DNA from: Yuukianura sp. NJ FZ-2021
Lineage: Eukaryota
Direction of reading: 5' to 3'
Assembly: GCA_046563655.1 (NCBI GenBank)
Contig: CM102287.1
Span: forward strand, 4,278,001-4,342,000
Length of the DNA: 64,000 nucleotides
Shown here: positions 29,619-41,813 of the stretch, in pieces
Numbering within the stretch: the stretch's first letter is position 1
Layout: each line of letters begins with the position of its first letter
The notes under the pieces: generated by a model
The model's database searches: none
What the model was told of the DNA's origin: nothing
What the model saw: the letters and a program-made list of their open reading frames with translations, nothing else
Translations under genes and position numbers: made by a program

Positions 29619-30474
29619 ATGGCAGTAAGTTGATACATTTTTATGATTACAATTACAAATGTCATACTAGCTTAGTGTTCTTCTCACTTTAACTAACGAT
29701 TACGATACTGGTATTGCGTTATATTGATTACAAAGTATGAAAGTAAGTAGAACATTTAGGAAGATTATCGTGTTAATGATTTTGAATGTTATTTTTGCAG
29801 CCTCCGCAGAAAGGAAAACAGGCCACGAAAGGAGCAAAGCAAATCGTTGAAGAAAATGAAGCTACGCTAAGTTTCTACCGATACATGATTTTCGGTGCAG
29901 CTGGAGGCTACCTTCTTCTAATGAATATTGCGAGTGAGGGGTTTCAGTTCTGGGATATCGTAAGAGAAGAGTCGAAAGATTAACCAATTAAACACTGACG
30001 TTACTTAATTTACATTCGCTTTTGTTTGATTTTTACAGGCTTTCTTCCTTTTTGGAGCAGCCGTATTGACTGGTTCTATTCAGTTTATGAGGTTCATGTC
30101 AAAACCTAGATATTCTGAAAGTACTCCGCCTCAACTGCTAGATTCCGGAAACGATCTCAATTTGCCTTCAGGAGTTGCGGAGTAAATACTAAAAATCAAG
30201 CTTAGCTTAGATCTCTTGATTCTAGAACTTCAATAACTGACGAAATTCTTGTTTTTATAGGCAAGTTAAGGACGTGATAATTGTAACATGTGTCTGTCAA
30301 GTATTTTCATACTTCTCCAAATATTTCTGGCTTCTATGGTTGCTCATTCCACTGAAAGGAGTCTACTACTCATGGACAACAGTAATTGCTCCCTGGATTT
30401 TTGCTCCAGCACCACCAGCACCAGCCAATGAAGAAAAGAAAGCCAGAAAACTGGATCGTAAAATGCGACGATAG
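29619..30474 (+). CDS. TMEM208: Transmembrane protein 208 (SND2 family)
   Basis: Exons 29619-29624, 29801-29959, 30039-30181 and 30261-30474. MAPPQKGKQATKGAKQIVEEN..LLDSGNDLNL..KDVII..YFWLLWLLIP..KKARKLDRKMRR. Confidence 0.9.
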
Positions 30475-30896
30475 AAAACTTCCAGGTTCAGTCACTCCAC
30501 AAATACAAAACCAAAGACAGAAATAAGTGCCGTGATTTTGCCCTAAATTCTTAAAGTCTATGAAATTACAAAAATTTAAATCAAAATGTTGATTTTTACA
30601 CAAACGAAAACTAAATCATAGCCATAAATGATTCCCCGTTCAAATAAATTGTCCATGTTCAATTGCCATGATTTTGAAAATCCCGTTCCTTTGCAATTTT
30701 CAATTTCAATCTTTGTTGCCCAGGGAAACAAAACGTTTTGCTTCGTTTGGTATTTGACGTTTTCAAAACGTTTTACATCTCTGTCTTGCAAAAATTTCAT
30801 TTTCCAAAAATTCAATTTTCAAGCAAGCAGCTTCAACATAATCGTTTCGTTTTTTACACTAATCTGTGACTTATTTTGAGGAATCAATCGATTAAC

Positions 30897-31861
30897 ATGG
30901 AATCACAAGTTTCACAAATGGATCCAAGTGGAGATACGTCGTTTTCTAACACTGTTGGAGTTCTGGATGACCCTGACCTCATGTTGACCTCTTCAAGCAA
31001 AAGTGCCAAAATGCTCAACCTTCAAGAAACTCTGGCTGAAAACATTCTACTCAAGAGAGAACTTCGGTCCAAGTTGGAACAAATCGTTCTCCTTCGGAAT
31101 CAACTGCGACAACACTTTGCCAATTACCGAGCAGCCGAAGCGATTGAAGCTGGCTCTGGACATGAACATGGAGATGACGTTGTTAACGTCACTGGAACTG
31201 CGCAGGCGCAGCGATTCTTCTACGATTCTTCCGGAGATGCTCATCCGCAGTTGGATTTCAGTCAATTGTTTGAAAACTCTGCTGGAATGTCCTACAACTC
31301 GTCAGTATTTTTTCAAGAAGTTCCAGACTCTGAGCATGACGTTCCGCGAAATGCGAATCACACGATTTCAGAAAGTAAGAATTCCAAAAACTGTCAATTT
31401 TTTCATCTCAAATTTCGAAATTTTGATTTCTAATTTTTCTTGTTTTAGGTATTATCGGATGGGTTGAGACAAATCGGTCAGACGTTATTCAAAAAGTGAG
31501 CACTGGAACGCTGATGGTTCGTGATTTGACGCTTGGCGGAGTTTCTGGATGGGTTGGAGCGTATGTGCTGAAAAAATTTGGAGCGACAGCGCTGACAGCG
31601 CTTGGTGGAGGACTTCTTCTGCTGCAATTGGCTCAACATGGAGGTTACATCGTGGTGGACTGGAATCAAATTTATGATCGCTTGGAACAAACTGCTACGG
31701 AGCTGGAAGGTGGATTCAATCCCAACCAATCAGAAGCCGCCGCGGAATCTTCGGAATCAATTGTCGTGAAACTCAAGAAACTCCGGAAATGGGGGTCAGA
31801 CAACCGCCATTTTGCACTTGGAGTTCTCGCGGGATTTCTCTACAAAACTTATTCGTCTTAA
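30897..31861 (+). CDS. FUN14-domain protein (FUNDC-like) with a long N-terminal extension
   Basis: Exons 30897-31374 and 31449-31861 join in frame. FUN14 motif LGGVSGWVGAYVLKKFG..ALGGGLLLLQLAQHGGYIVVDW and terminal GVLAGFL. Confidence 0.8.
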
Positions 31862-32170
31862 AACATTTTTCAAAACGCAACAATTTTCAAACACAACTTT
31901 AATCCCAACAATTTTCAAAACGAAGGTTTCCAAAAAAGATTCATTTTTGTGTACACTAGTTTTCAAAACAAGAGAAAATCGAAAAAGTGAAAGTAAAATT
32001 TTCCGAAAAAAGTCGTTTCTTAGCTACGCTTTTTCACAACAAAAGCATCTAAAAGAGAAAGTGAAATCCTAAAATCCATAGTTTCACTTTTCCAAAATTT
32101 TCATCCCAAACTGTCGAAATTCCATCTTAACTGAAATTATTTCACAATTCAAATTACAATTTTTTCCAAA

Positions 32171-34059
32171 ATGTTGAGAATGGAGCGGATTCTTTCGTAT
32201 TGGTACGACAGTGACGTGCGTTTTGATCTGCTGACAAGGTGAGCCTGTTCGAAAGCTTTGAATTTTTCAAAACCAAATTATGTCTTTCTTAACTTTTAAA
32301 AAGTTCAAAAATTTAAAAGTTGTGTTTAAAATTTTATTTTTAACTGGCAGATACTTGAGACCTTGTCCAGGAGAGAAAATTTTTGAGGCTCTGGAACCCG
32401 TTGAAGATACAAAAGGAAACAATGGTGAAGCTGGACGGCTTGTGATTACTAACTTACGCTTGATTTGGCAATCCCGAAAGTATCCTAAAATCAATTTATG
32501 TAAGGTCAAAGTTCAAAATTTTAGTTAAGGTAAAAAAAAATTCGAAATTTTTAATTAAAGACCTTTTATTTAATCCTACACCAAATTGATAAGTTAATCT
32601 CAACAATGTATCTAGTTTTGAATTGTAAACTTTGAGAACTGTATTATTTTTGTTGTGAATGGCTTTGTTTAATTTAGTTTAACTTTTTGAATTTCAGCCA
32701 TTGGGTACTCACCAATTACAACTGTGAATATCAAATCAACCACATCTGTAAGCCAGTACACAGTAGCTAACATTTAACTGTTTACTAACTAATTTAGAAA
32801 CAATTTTAAATTTTTCAATTTTTCAATAACCTTTAAAAGTTTTGAAAATTTCAGAAATTGCGAGGAATGACAGAATCGCTGCACATTTTGGCCAAGACGA
32901 GAAATTCACGCTATGAATTCATCTTCACAAATCTCGTAGCAGATCAGAATCGGCTCTTCAACATTGTTCTGGCAGTTCATCGGTAAAAATTTCTAAGCGT
33001 TTTGAAAGGTCGTGACCTTTCACATGTTTTGGTATTTACGTAGAGCTTACGTTGAATCCAAACTGTACCGAGAAATCCGGATGCGAAGTGGGCTGGTCGT
33101 GACGAACAAAAAGTTGACAATGTTACCCCAGGAGGAAATCTGCGAACAGTTCGACGGAGTTTGGAACTTGTCAAGTGATCAAGGTCGTTTAATTAGTTAA
33201 AGTTTAAGTTAATTAACGTATATAATGATGGTGATAGTTAGACAAGCATAGGTTGGTGACTGCTTGGCATGTTGTGCTCACCTCTGTCGATCCTTAAACT
33301 GTTAACGATTAATTAACTTTTCAATTTTAAGTTTAAATTTTTAACTCATTAACTTTTTAAAATTTCAGGGAACCTTGGTTCTTTCATCATCACGAACGTC
33401 CGCGTAGTTTGGTACGCCGCGAGCAATGAGCTCTTCAATGCCTCCATACCATTTCTCCAAATTTCAGTCGTAAGTGTACCCCACGACCTTGAATTAACTT
33501 GACCTTTGACCTTTAACATTTGACCTTTGACCTTAGATCAAAATACGAGACTCCAAGTTCGGAAGGGCTTTGGTCATTGAAACATTTGAGGGGAACTACA
33601 TCCTTGGTTTCCGAATTGACCCGAAGGACAAGCTCTACTCTTGCTACAAAATGCTCATGTCCATCCAGGAAGCATTCATGCAGCATCCCATCTACGGAGT
33701 CGAATTCAACCCTGACGTAAAGTCTATGACCTCGGGGTCAAATTCAACTTTTGAAATTTTTGAAATTGTTCAGGTTTATTTTCCAAAAATGTTTGTTTTA
33801 GCTCCTTGACCAAGAATCCGAAATGGAAAAGAAGCAGCGACTGGACACAGCCCTGTCGGTAGAAGACGGTGACGAGGTTGATGACAATCCGGAACTTCCG
33901 TCAGACGCCTTTGCAGCGTACTTTGCAGATGGAAATCCAGGAACTTTGAACAAACTGGAAATTGTGTACTGCGAAGACCTTGGTCTGGCAATTGAAAAGC
34001 CCAAGGAAGGATTTACAATGGAGTCTCTTTGGGAGGTCATTCCATCTTCATCCAAGTGA
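32171..34059 (+). CDS. BBS5: Bardet-Biedl syndrome 5 protein (BBSome subunit)
   Basis: [91 protein letters not shown] and LGLAIEK. About 8 exons. Confidence 0.95.
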
Positions 34060-34686
34060 CAAAATTTTGCAATTCTGTAATTAAATAAATACTTAATTGT
34101 GGTTCAGTTTTTAATTAAATTAAAAATTAGATCTTAAATGCAGATCAAGGTTTGGTCTTGGCGTCAAACAAAAAGAACTGGAAAAAGCAAGAAGAACTTG
34201 TTAGGCTCAATAGGTACGGAATTCTAGCAGCTTCGAAGTTCTTTTTTCTTTTTGGTATTTTAAATTGCACGGACAAATAAACAAGTTATTTTTACTTTTT
34301 TAGGTTAATTAAACTAACTGGGATTGGGATTAATTAATTGGTAAGTCTAAGTGCTGTTCATTTGTTGGCATTTGTGTATTTATAAGTTAATTAATTTAAT
34401 TAAATTAAGGATTTAGGTAAATATCAAGAACTCCATTAATGCATCTCGGGAGATGAGAAAGTTTTGGCGCGAAATTCTTCCTCTTCAAGTTCATAGTTTT
34501 TTAATTTTTGAAATTCACAATTTTATTTTCGTTTTTTTATTTGCTTTTCTCTCGTTCGTCTTCTTTCTTCTTTACGTAAATTTTGGTACTCTCTGCATTT
34601 CACTTCCAGCAGCGACGAGGTATGGTCGCCGTGAAGCGTTAGAGTGATTAATTACTGATTAATTAACTGAATTGACGAATTGAGAG

Positions 34687-37631
34687 ATGGGTGGTGGATC
34701 AAGGAGAAACGACTCCTCCAGGAAGAGCAGGAAGCGACAACGGGAAGAAGAAGAGGAAGAATACGTTCCGCCAGATGAACTAGACGATTTAGATGAAGGG
34801 ACTAATTTGGGTAATTGAAGCTTTTTGATACGAGTAACACTTATAGGTTTTCAGCAGGCACCAATTTCTAACTATGATTTTGGTTATTATTAAGATGGAG
34901 TTCCTGGATCAGCTAAGAGAGATGCTGAAAACGAAGAGTCGGAGATCCCAGTTGATGCTTTTGGAGCCAAAGACTATCGATCACAGATGATTCTTAAATC
35001 GGATCATGCTTCAAGGCCTATCTGGATTGTAAGTTCATGATCTGAGAGGTAGAAGTTCTACGAGCAACTACTATGATATAAAAATTGACGAGAGTTGAAT
35101 GTCTTGCAGCTTCCAAATGGCCATATTTTTCTGGAAGCCTTTTCTCCAGTGTACAAACATGCACACGACTTCCTGATTGCCATTGCAGAACCAGTCTCTC
35201 GTCCACAGCATATTCACGAAGTAAGATAGCATAGGAAATCTGTTACTGATACCAATGGAATCTTCAATCTTAGAAAATGCATCATCTTGATTAACTATGT
35301 TTTGTTTTCAGTACAAGTTGACAGCTTACTCTCTCTATGCTGCTGTGAGTGTTGGACTTCAAACGGACGACATCATTGAGTACTTGACCCGGCTTAGCAA
35401 GACTTCCATTCCAAATGGAATTGCGGAATTTATAAAGATCTGCACCATTTCATACGGAAAGGTACGAACATCTCCATTTGCTTCCAACTTAATTTAACTT
35501 CAGCAAACTTTAAGTTTCTTATTTGATTTTCATGTTTTTATAGGTCAAACTGGTACTGAAACAGAATCGGTATTTTGTTGAGTCAACTCATGCCGACGTT
35601 CTTCAGAAGTTGCTTCATGATCCAGTTATCCAAGAATGTCGACTCAGACACAATGAAAACTCGGACGCACTTGAAGAAGGACGATTGACTACCGGTGTAG
35701 CATCTACCGTAGTAGCTGGAATTGGAAACAAAGCTGTGAATGGTGACTCTGGAATTTCTGGAGCTGATGACTCCCAATCAGCTGTTAACGGTGATAAAAC
35801 TGATGTCCCTACGGACATTGCTGATCTTTATTCTAAAATTGATGCTGAAGAGGAAGAAGAAGAGAAAGTAGTTTCATTTGAAGTGAATCAAGAAAGGATT
35901 GAAACGATTCAAAAACGTTGTATCGACCTTGAAATTCCGCTATTGGCTGAATACGATTTTCGAAACGACACGCATAATCCAGACATCAAGTAAGTTTTTA
36001 AAAAAAATTCCATAATCTTTCAAAAAATATTTGAAAAGTTGCATTTTGGTTTCAAACTTTCATGTTTTTTTTTAGTATTGACCTCAAACCATCAGCAATT
36101 CTCCGTCCATATCAAGAAAAAAGTTTACGGAAGATGTTCGGCAACGGTCGAGCTCGCTCAGGAGTAATCGTTTTGCCTTGCGGAGCTGGAAAGAGTTTGA
36201 CTGGAGTCACCGCTGCTTGCACCGTTCGTAAACGCTGTATAGTCTTATGCAACTCTGGAGTTTCTGTGGAACAATGGAAAGATCAATTCAAGTTATGGAG
36301 CACCGCTGACGATTCAATGATCTGTCGATTCACTTCGGATGCCAAAGATAAGCCAATGGGATGCAGCGTCTTGGTCACAACATACTCCATGATTACTCAT
36401 TCACAGAAAAGATCTTACGAAGCCGAACAAACCATGAAGTGGCTCCAAGATCAAGAGTGGGGCCTCATGCTGCTGGACGAAGTGCACAGTATTCCAGCCA
36501 AAATGTTTCGTCGTGTGCTGACAATGGTTCAAGCCCATTGCAAACTCGGACTCACAGCGACACTGGTTCGAGAGGACGACAAAATCGCTGATTTGAACTT
36601 CCTGATTGGTCCGAAACTGTACGAAGCCAATTGGTTAGAACTGCAGAAGGCAGGGTACATCGCTCGTGTCCAATGTGCCGAAGTGTGGTGTCCAATGGTT
36701 CCAGAATTTTACCGCGAGTATTTGAATTCAAAGATTTCCAAGAAGATGCTCCTGTCCGTCATGAATCCAACAAAGTTCCAAGCTTGTCAGTACCTTATCA
36801 AGTTCCACGAACGTCGACAGGACAAGATCATAGTATTTTCGGACAACGTCTTTGCCTTGAAACACTATGCACAGCGAATGGGCAAACCTTTCATTTACGG
36901 TCCAACGAGCCAATCAGAACGTCTTCAGATCATTCGGAACTTCAAGTTTAATCCCAAGGTCAACACAGTCTTTGTATCAAAAGTGGCTGACACTTCGTTT
37001 GACCTTCCAGAAGCAAACGTTTTGATCCAAATCAGTTCCCACGGTGGGTCACGTCGTCAGGAAGCCCAGAGATTGGGAAGAATCCTGAGAGCCAAGAAAG
37101 GTAAACACGTTAGATTAAGTCAATTAATCGAACATAATCAATTACTTTACCAATTACTTCTTGATCCAGGAACGCTTGCTGAAGAATACAATGCGTCGTT
37201 CTACACTTTGGTATCGCAGGATACACTGGAAATGGGATACTCCAGAAAACGTCAAAGATTTTTGGTCAACCAAGGTTACTCTTACAAGGTCATCACGCAT
37301 CTTCAAGGTCAAGACAAGGTAAAACGACAAGTTTTGAAAACGAAAATTCAACATTTTTTGTAACTTTTTTGTGGAATTTTTTTTTCAGGAGGAACTCTTC
37401 TACAGAACAAAGGAAGAACAAGGTGGACTTCTCCAGCAAATTCTGGCAGCGAGTGACATGGATGCTGAAGAAGAGCGGATGCCTGGAGAGGGAAGGGGAA
37501 CTGGAAACCCATTTGGACGAAAGAATGCTTCGTTGGCATCGATTTCCGGTGGAGATGATTCTGTCTACCGGGAATACAAGAAACCAACTGCAACACATCC
37601 AATGTTTAAAAAGTTTCGAAGTAATAAGTAA
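34687..37631 (+). CDS. hay: TFIIH helicase/translocase XPB (ERCC3, haywire)
   Basis: [47 protein letters not shown] (Walker A), [29 protein letters not shown] and terminal HPMFKKFR. About 8 exons. Confidence 0.97.
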
Positions 37632-37806
37632 TACCTCTGTGAGGTTTACTCCCACAATTCCAGAAAATGTACTAAAACTTATGAATATTTTATATAAAAC
37701 TAATTGAAAATACCATTTTTGGTGTTTGTTGAGTTTTGCAATCTTTGGAGAGTTGAAGACTTTCAGGTTTCGGGAATTCAGATTTCAATTCTTTGAAATC
37801 TTTATA

Positions 37807-37858
37807 GAGTTGGAGATTTTCGGGTTTCGATTGAGTTGGAGATTTTCGGGTTTCGATT
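37807..37858. repeat. 26-bp tandem duplication with degenerate flanking copies
   Basis: GAGTTGGAGATTTTCGGGTTTCGATT occurs twice exactly; related units at about 37750 and 37870. Confidence 0.85.
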
Positions 37859-38004
37859 TTTTTGTTTTCGAGACTTGAAGATTTTCGGGTATTGAGTTTG
37901 TTTAGCTTATGCGTTGACTTGGATCCTGTGTCGTGGCATTAGGAACCGGATATTTATTGACCAGAGCCCTATGGTATGCTTCGTTGTTACGAAGAATTGC
38001 TAAA

Positions 38005-39061
38005 TCAAAGACAAAGATTACTTCGTTGCTTCAAATCGATTTTGGAGCTGAAATTATGTTTTTTGGAAGTATTTTGAATCTTACTTTCCTCAGACTTTTT
38101 GAGTTCAAGCGTCATAAGCGCTTCTTCGTTTCTGTGTCGATGCTGTTCGGCTAAACGCAATGCTCGATGCTCATGTTCCAACTCATGCAGTTCTTCACGT
38201 GTAAGGATTTTCTTCTTCTGAAGGTCGCCACCGCCAATAGTTGAGCGTCGGTTCCGGACTTCCGGCATTTCATCATCTTCTTCCGCGCCTAAAATCCCAA
38301 TAAAAAAAAGTTATGTGTTAATTTCTAAAAGTGCTTAGCAAAAAGTTAGAAAAGTAAAGCAAAAGTTGGGTTACGCATGGCCCTTTCCATCCTCTCATCA
38401 ACGATCTTCTCAAACTCCTTGTTAGAGATTTTCTGCAAGTAAAAATAGATGAATCATTAACAAACTTTGATTAATTGCTTAATTAGTTGAGTAAGAAACT
38501 CACTGCAACGCGATATCCCATGGACTTGATAATGCGTAAGTAGAAGCCAAAACTCCCGTCAGACACGATTTCATGTCCAAACAGTCTCCAGTCAAGGTGC
38601 TTGATGAGAACGAGGTAAACTCCAAGAACCAGGGCAATGGCAAAGATGAATATTTGGATACCGAAGGTCATCGGATGCTTGTACCGATCGATTACCCAGC
38701 GTACTTTGTTCGTGACGTTCTTCAAGTAGTCTGCATGCAGTTTCTTGAGCGTTGTGTTGGTAATGTTAGAATATGGACAGTCCAGTTGAGATGCGGGAGT
38801 ACAGAGTTCCATGAGCTCCTTGATGCTGTTGTTCTTGTAGAGCGGAATCAACATATTCGTATTGTTGGTGGTGCTGTTGTTGGTCTTGGTGACGTTCGTA
38901 CTAGTATTATAGGAATACGTAAGGGCGGCCGTGACATTCGACATGTTTCGGCTGGAGAGACGGAGGTAGCGTGAAGAGTAAACTGGAGTTGACAACATGA
39001 AGGTCACGATGGACACTCCGACGACCGTCACCAGTATCTTCAGTTTGCCAATGTGCTGCAT
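38005..39061 (-). CDS. Orphan membrane glycoprotein (~299 aa)
   Basis: Exons 39061-38504, 38432-38375 and 38288-38005 join in frame. N-terminal hydrophobic segment, ectodomain with about 10 N-X-S/T sequons, TM segment FGIQIFIFAIALVLGVYLVLI, charged helical tail. The frame stays open upstream to an acceptor near 39196. Confidence 0.65.
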
Positions 39062-39800
39062 CTTAAGCCTTAAGCATTGGTGTTGAGTTGATTGAGTTGA
39101 TGTCCGTCGGTCACGATTCCTAGTCGCTCGTCCGCGGTCCTTCCGTTTCGTACATAGCTCCGTAAACTTCGTCGTCCTTTCGTCCTTGTGTTGCTCCTAA
39201 AACACAAAACAAAGTAAGTAATTTGTTAGCATACAATTAAATATGTTATGTGAAATCAGTGTAAGTCAACTAACTAATTGACGTATTAAGTAAACTAACC
39301 ACTATAAAAGGGTCATTCACAAATCACAAACAAGTTGTTTGTGATTTTTTTTGAAACAACAATGACAGCCTGTCACTTTCAGGTCAGGGTCAGCGGTCAG
39401 GGTCACTGCAATTGCTGTCCTGTCTCTACTATTCTCGCTTGCCTGAAGAAATCTGTCAATTCAGTCTTTTCGCCGTCCTTCTTTCCAATGCGCATGTGCA
39501 AGTTTCTTATCATTTGCATTTTTGAAATTTTGTTTTCACACCTTTTTCGTTTTTGTGTATAAAAGTCGTCTTCGAAGGTCAGAGACCTTTATGAAACGTT
39601 TAGTTTTTAGTATTTCTGTCAAATGTGTGTTCATTTAACTTTTTGATTGATCGTTTACTTCTCTACTTATAATAGTAAGTCAATTTCCTTTGTTATAACC
39701 TTTAAATTATAACTTCAAATTCAAGTGAATTGTCTATCAACTAATTACTCAGTTTTCTTCGACAACAAAACGTTTCGATAGGTCAAACTCAAAGTAAAGT

Positions 39801-40849
39801 ATGGAGCATTTCCAAAAATTCTTGAAGAAGATCGGGAAGCTAGAGGAAGCCAATTTAAGTGAAACGGGACAAAATGTTGCCAAAAATGCTCCTAGTCCGA
39901 AATCCAATACTGATTCCGCTACGGGTGATCATCTTCATGGAGGTATCTTTATTAATTTATGTGATTATTGTAATTAGTAGAAAGACTAAACGTTGCTAAC
40001 TCTATTTCCGTTTTTGTGCATGAATGAGGTTGACTGAATACCTGTTTTTCAGAAATCGAAATCGTTTGTCGTCGTATGACTCGGGAAATCAAAATCGATC
40101 GTATCGCTGCTGAATTACCACCTCCACCCAACGATTCTGGAAAATGTACTGTACATCAAGTTCCTGTATCCTCAGAATGTATCGACAAGACTCCTGTACC
40201 AATGAAACATGTCCAAGAACAAGGTAAACTAAACGATTTTTGGAATACTCTTAAGATTCTTGACGCACATCATTAATTTGCTTTGTCTATAGGAGATCCA
40301 GTACCAGTTCGGCCTCCACCAGAGCCTGCTCCTGTTCGACTGGTGCCTGAACCTGCACCAGTTCGACCTCCACCAGAAGCTGCACCAGTCCGGGTGGTAC
40401 CTAAACTTGCACCAGTTCCGCCTACACCAGAACCTGCACCAGTTCGAGTGGTACCTGAACCAGCACCGCTTGAACTTCCACCAGAACCGGAAGCAGTTCC
40501 ACGTCTGCCCGGTGAAAACGAGGCACACGGACAGGAGAGGCGTAGTCGACCATCATCAATCGCATCTTCATCTAACGGGTCAGGATTTTCTGGAAGACGA
40601 GGACGCGGACGAGGACGGGATGGAGACCGAGAAGATCGAGATATTTCTCCACACCAAGCCGAGAAAGAACGAGCTCAGGCCGAACGACGGACTACTTATG
40701 ACGCGGAGTATCTACGACACATTCGGGAGTATCGCAGTAACAACAACAGGGGAAACGACGCCGCTCCGCCCAGAGCACAAGACGACGACGATTTTTTTGG
40801 TGACAGCAACGTAACAGACCTTGAGGGTACTTACTACATTCCTAACTAG
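39801..40849 (+). CDS. Orphan Pro-rich and Arg/Gly-rich disordered protein
   Basis: Exons 39801-39942, 40053-40223 and 40293-40849 join in frame via GT-AG introns. PEPAPVRxx repeats followed by RRGRGRGR and an acidic tail. The 3' end is uncertain. Confidence 0.65.
40296..40500 (+). repeat. Coding 27-nt tandem repeat with 54-nt higher-order alternation
   Basis: About 7 units of PEPAPVRxx, alternating xx = PP and LV/VV. Confidence 0.85.
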
Positions 40850-41509
40850 ATTTACTGTGAATTTGTTTTATGTTTCCTCACATACCTTTACTTGCGTGCC
40901 TAGTTTAGTTACATACGAGAGTCTGAATTGTAAGTTAATGAATTTTGAAAAATTTTGAAATGTTAGAAGGAAACTTCATCCTATTGAGTGCAAAAATCTG
41001 AAAATGCAAAGGGGTTGACTCTGTGTGGGTTGCGTTTTGTTATTTGAGAGTTTCTTCTGCATGGCTTCCCTCACGCTAACGTTCAATGTTAGAAATCAGT
41101 TGAATTCTAGACATCAGTTAGTGAGCTCTGTGCAGTTGGAGTTGTGAGGTATGACAACACAGCATTTGACCTTTGAAATAAGGAAATTGACCTTTAGAAG
41201 ACTCATCTTGTGTTTGTTTTTGTGCTTTTTACAGGTACATTAGTGGGTGTTGTGCAGAAAGTTTAGCAACAAAAAGGGAGTCGGAAACAGAAGAGAAAAA
41301 AATTCACAACAAAAACTTCCACTTCCGGTTTTAGTCCGGAGAAACTGCAATTTCCCTTTTCAATTTCCATTGTCATCTCGATTGTGTGTGATTCAGAAGT
41401 CAGTTAACTCTTCTTCCTTTCATTTCCGGCGTGTATTGTGTACTTACGCGCAGTGCTGCTAATATTTACATTTCAAATCTACGTAGATTGCCAGCACATT
41501 TTTTACTTG

Positions 41510-41660
41510 GAGTTTAGAAACTTAGGAATTTGGAACCTTGGAAGCGTGGCAATTGAAACTTGGAATTTTTAAAATTGAAACATTGGAAACTTTGAACTTG
41601 AAAACTTGAAGCTTGACTTGGCTTGAAGGAAACTCGACATTTTGAAAACTTGAAATTTTG
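41510..41660. repeat. Degenerate ~8-bp minisatellite (TTGGAAAC-like)
   Basis: Run of TTGGAACC/TTGAAACT/TTGAAAAC variants upstream of the CG8172-like ATG. Confidence 0.55.
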
Positions 41661-41813
41661 AAAGTTGTTAGTAAAGTTGCACTGGATACTGGAAAGAAAA
41701 CAATGATGCTGGATGTCTCCCGAAAGTTGTCGCTGATTTAACGATCGCTTCCGACGATCTTATGAAGCGAAGAAAATCGAAATATTTCTAAGGAGATCGG
41801 AAGAATCGGGAAT

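Noticed and set aside
37101..37169. 23-aa insertion in the XPB helicase C-terminal region, as shown in the ORF track
   Set aside because: It is a 69-bp in-frame GT-AG intron; splicing restores the conserved RAKKG..AEEYNA sequence.
29619..37631. Polycistronic (operon-like) transcription of TMEM208-FUNDC-BBS5-XPB
   Set aside because: They are same-strand and close, but the 300-630 bp gaps leave room for separate 3' ends and promoters; the sequence gives no evidence of trans-splicing.
38048..38084. Extra 37-bp intron giving the orphan membrane protein a KSI* end like the small secreted protein
   Set aside because: It is shorter than other introns in the window and the unspliced frame is open to 38005; the similarity is likely coincidental.
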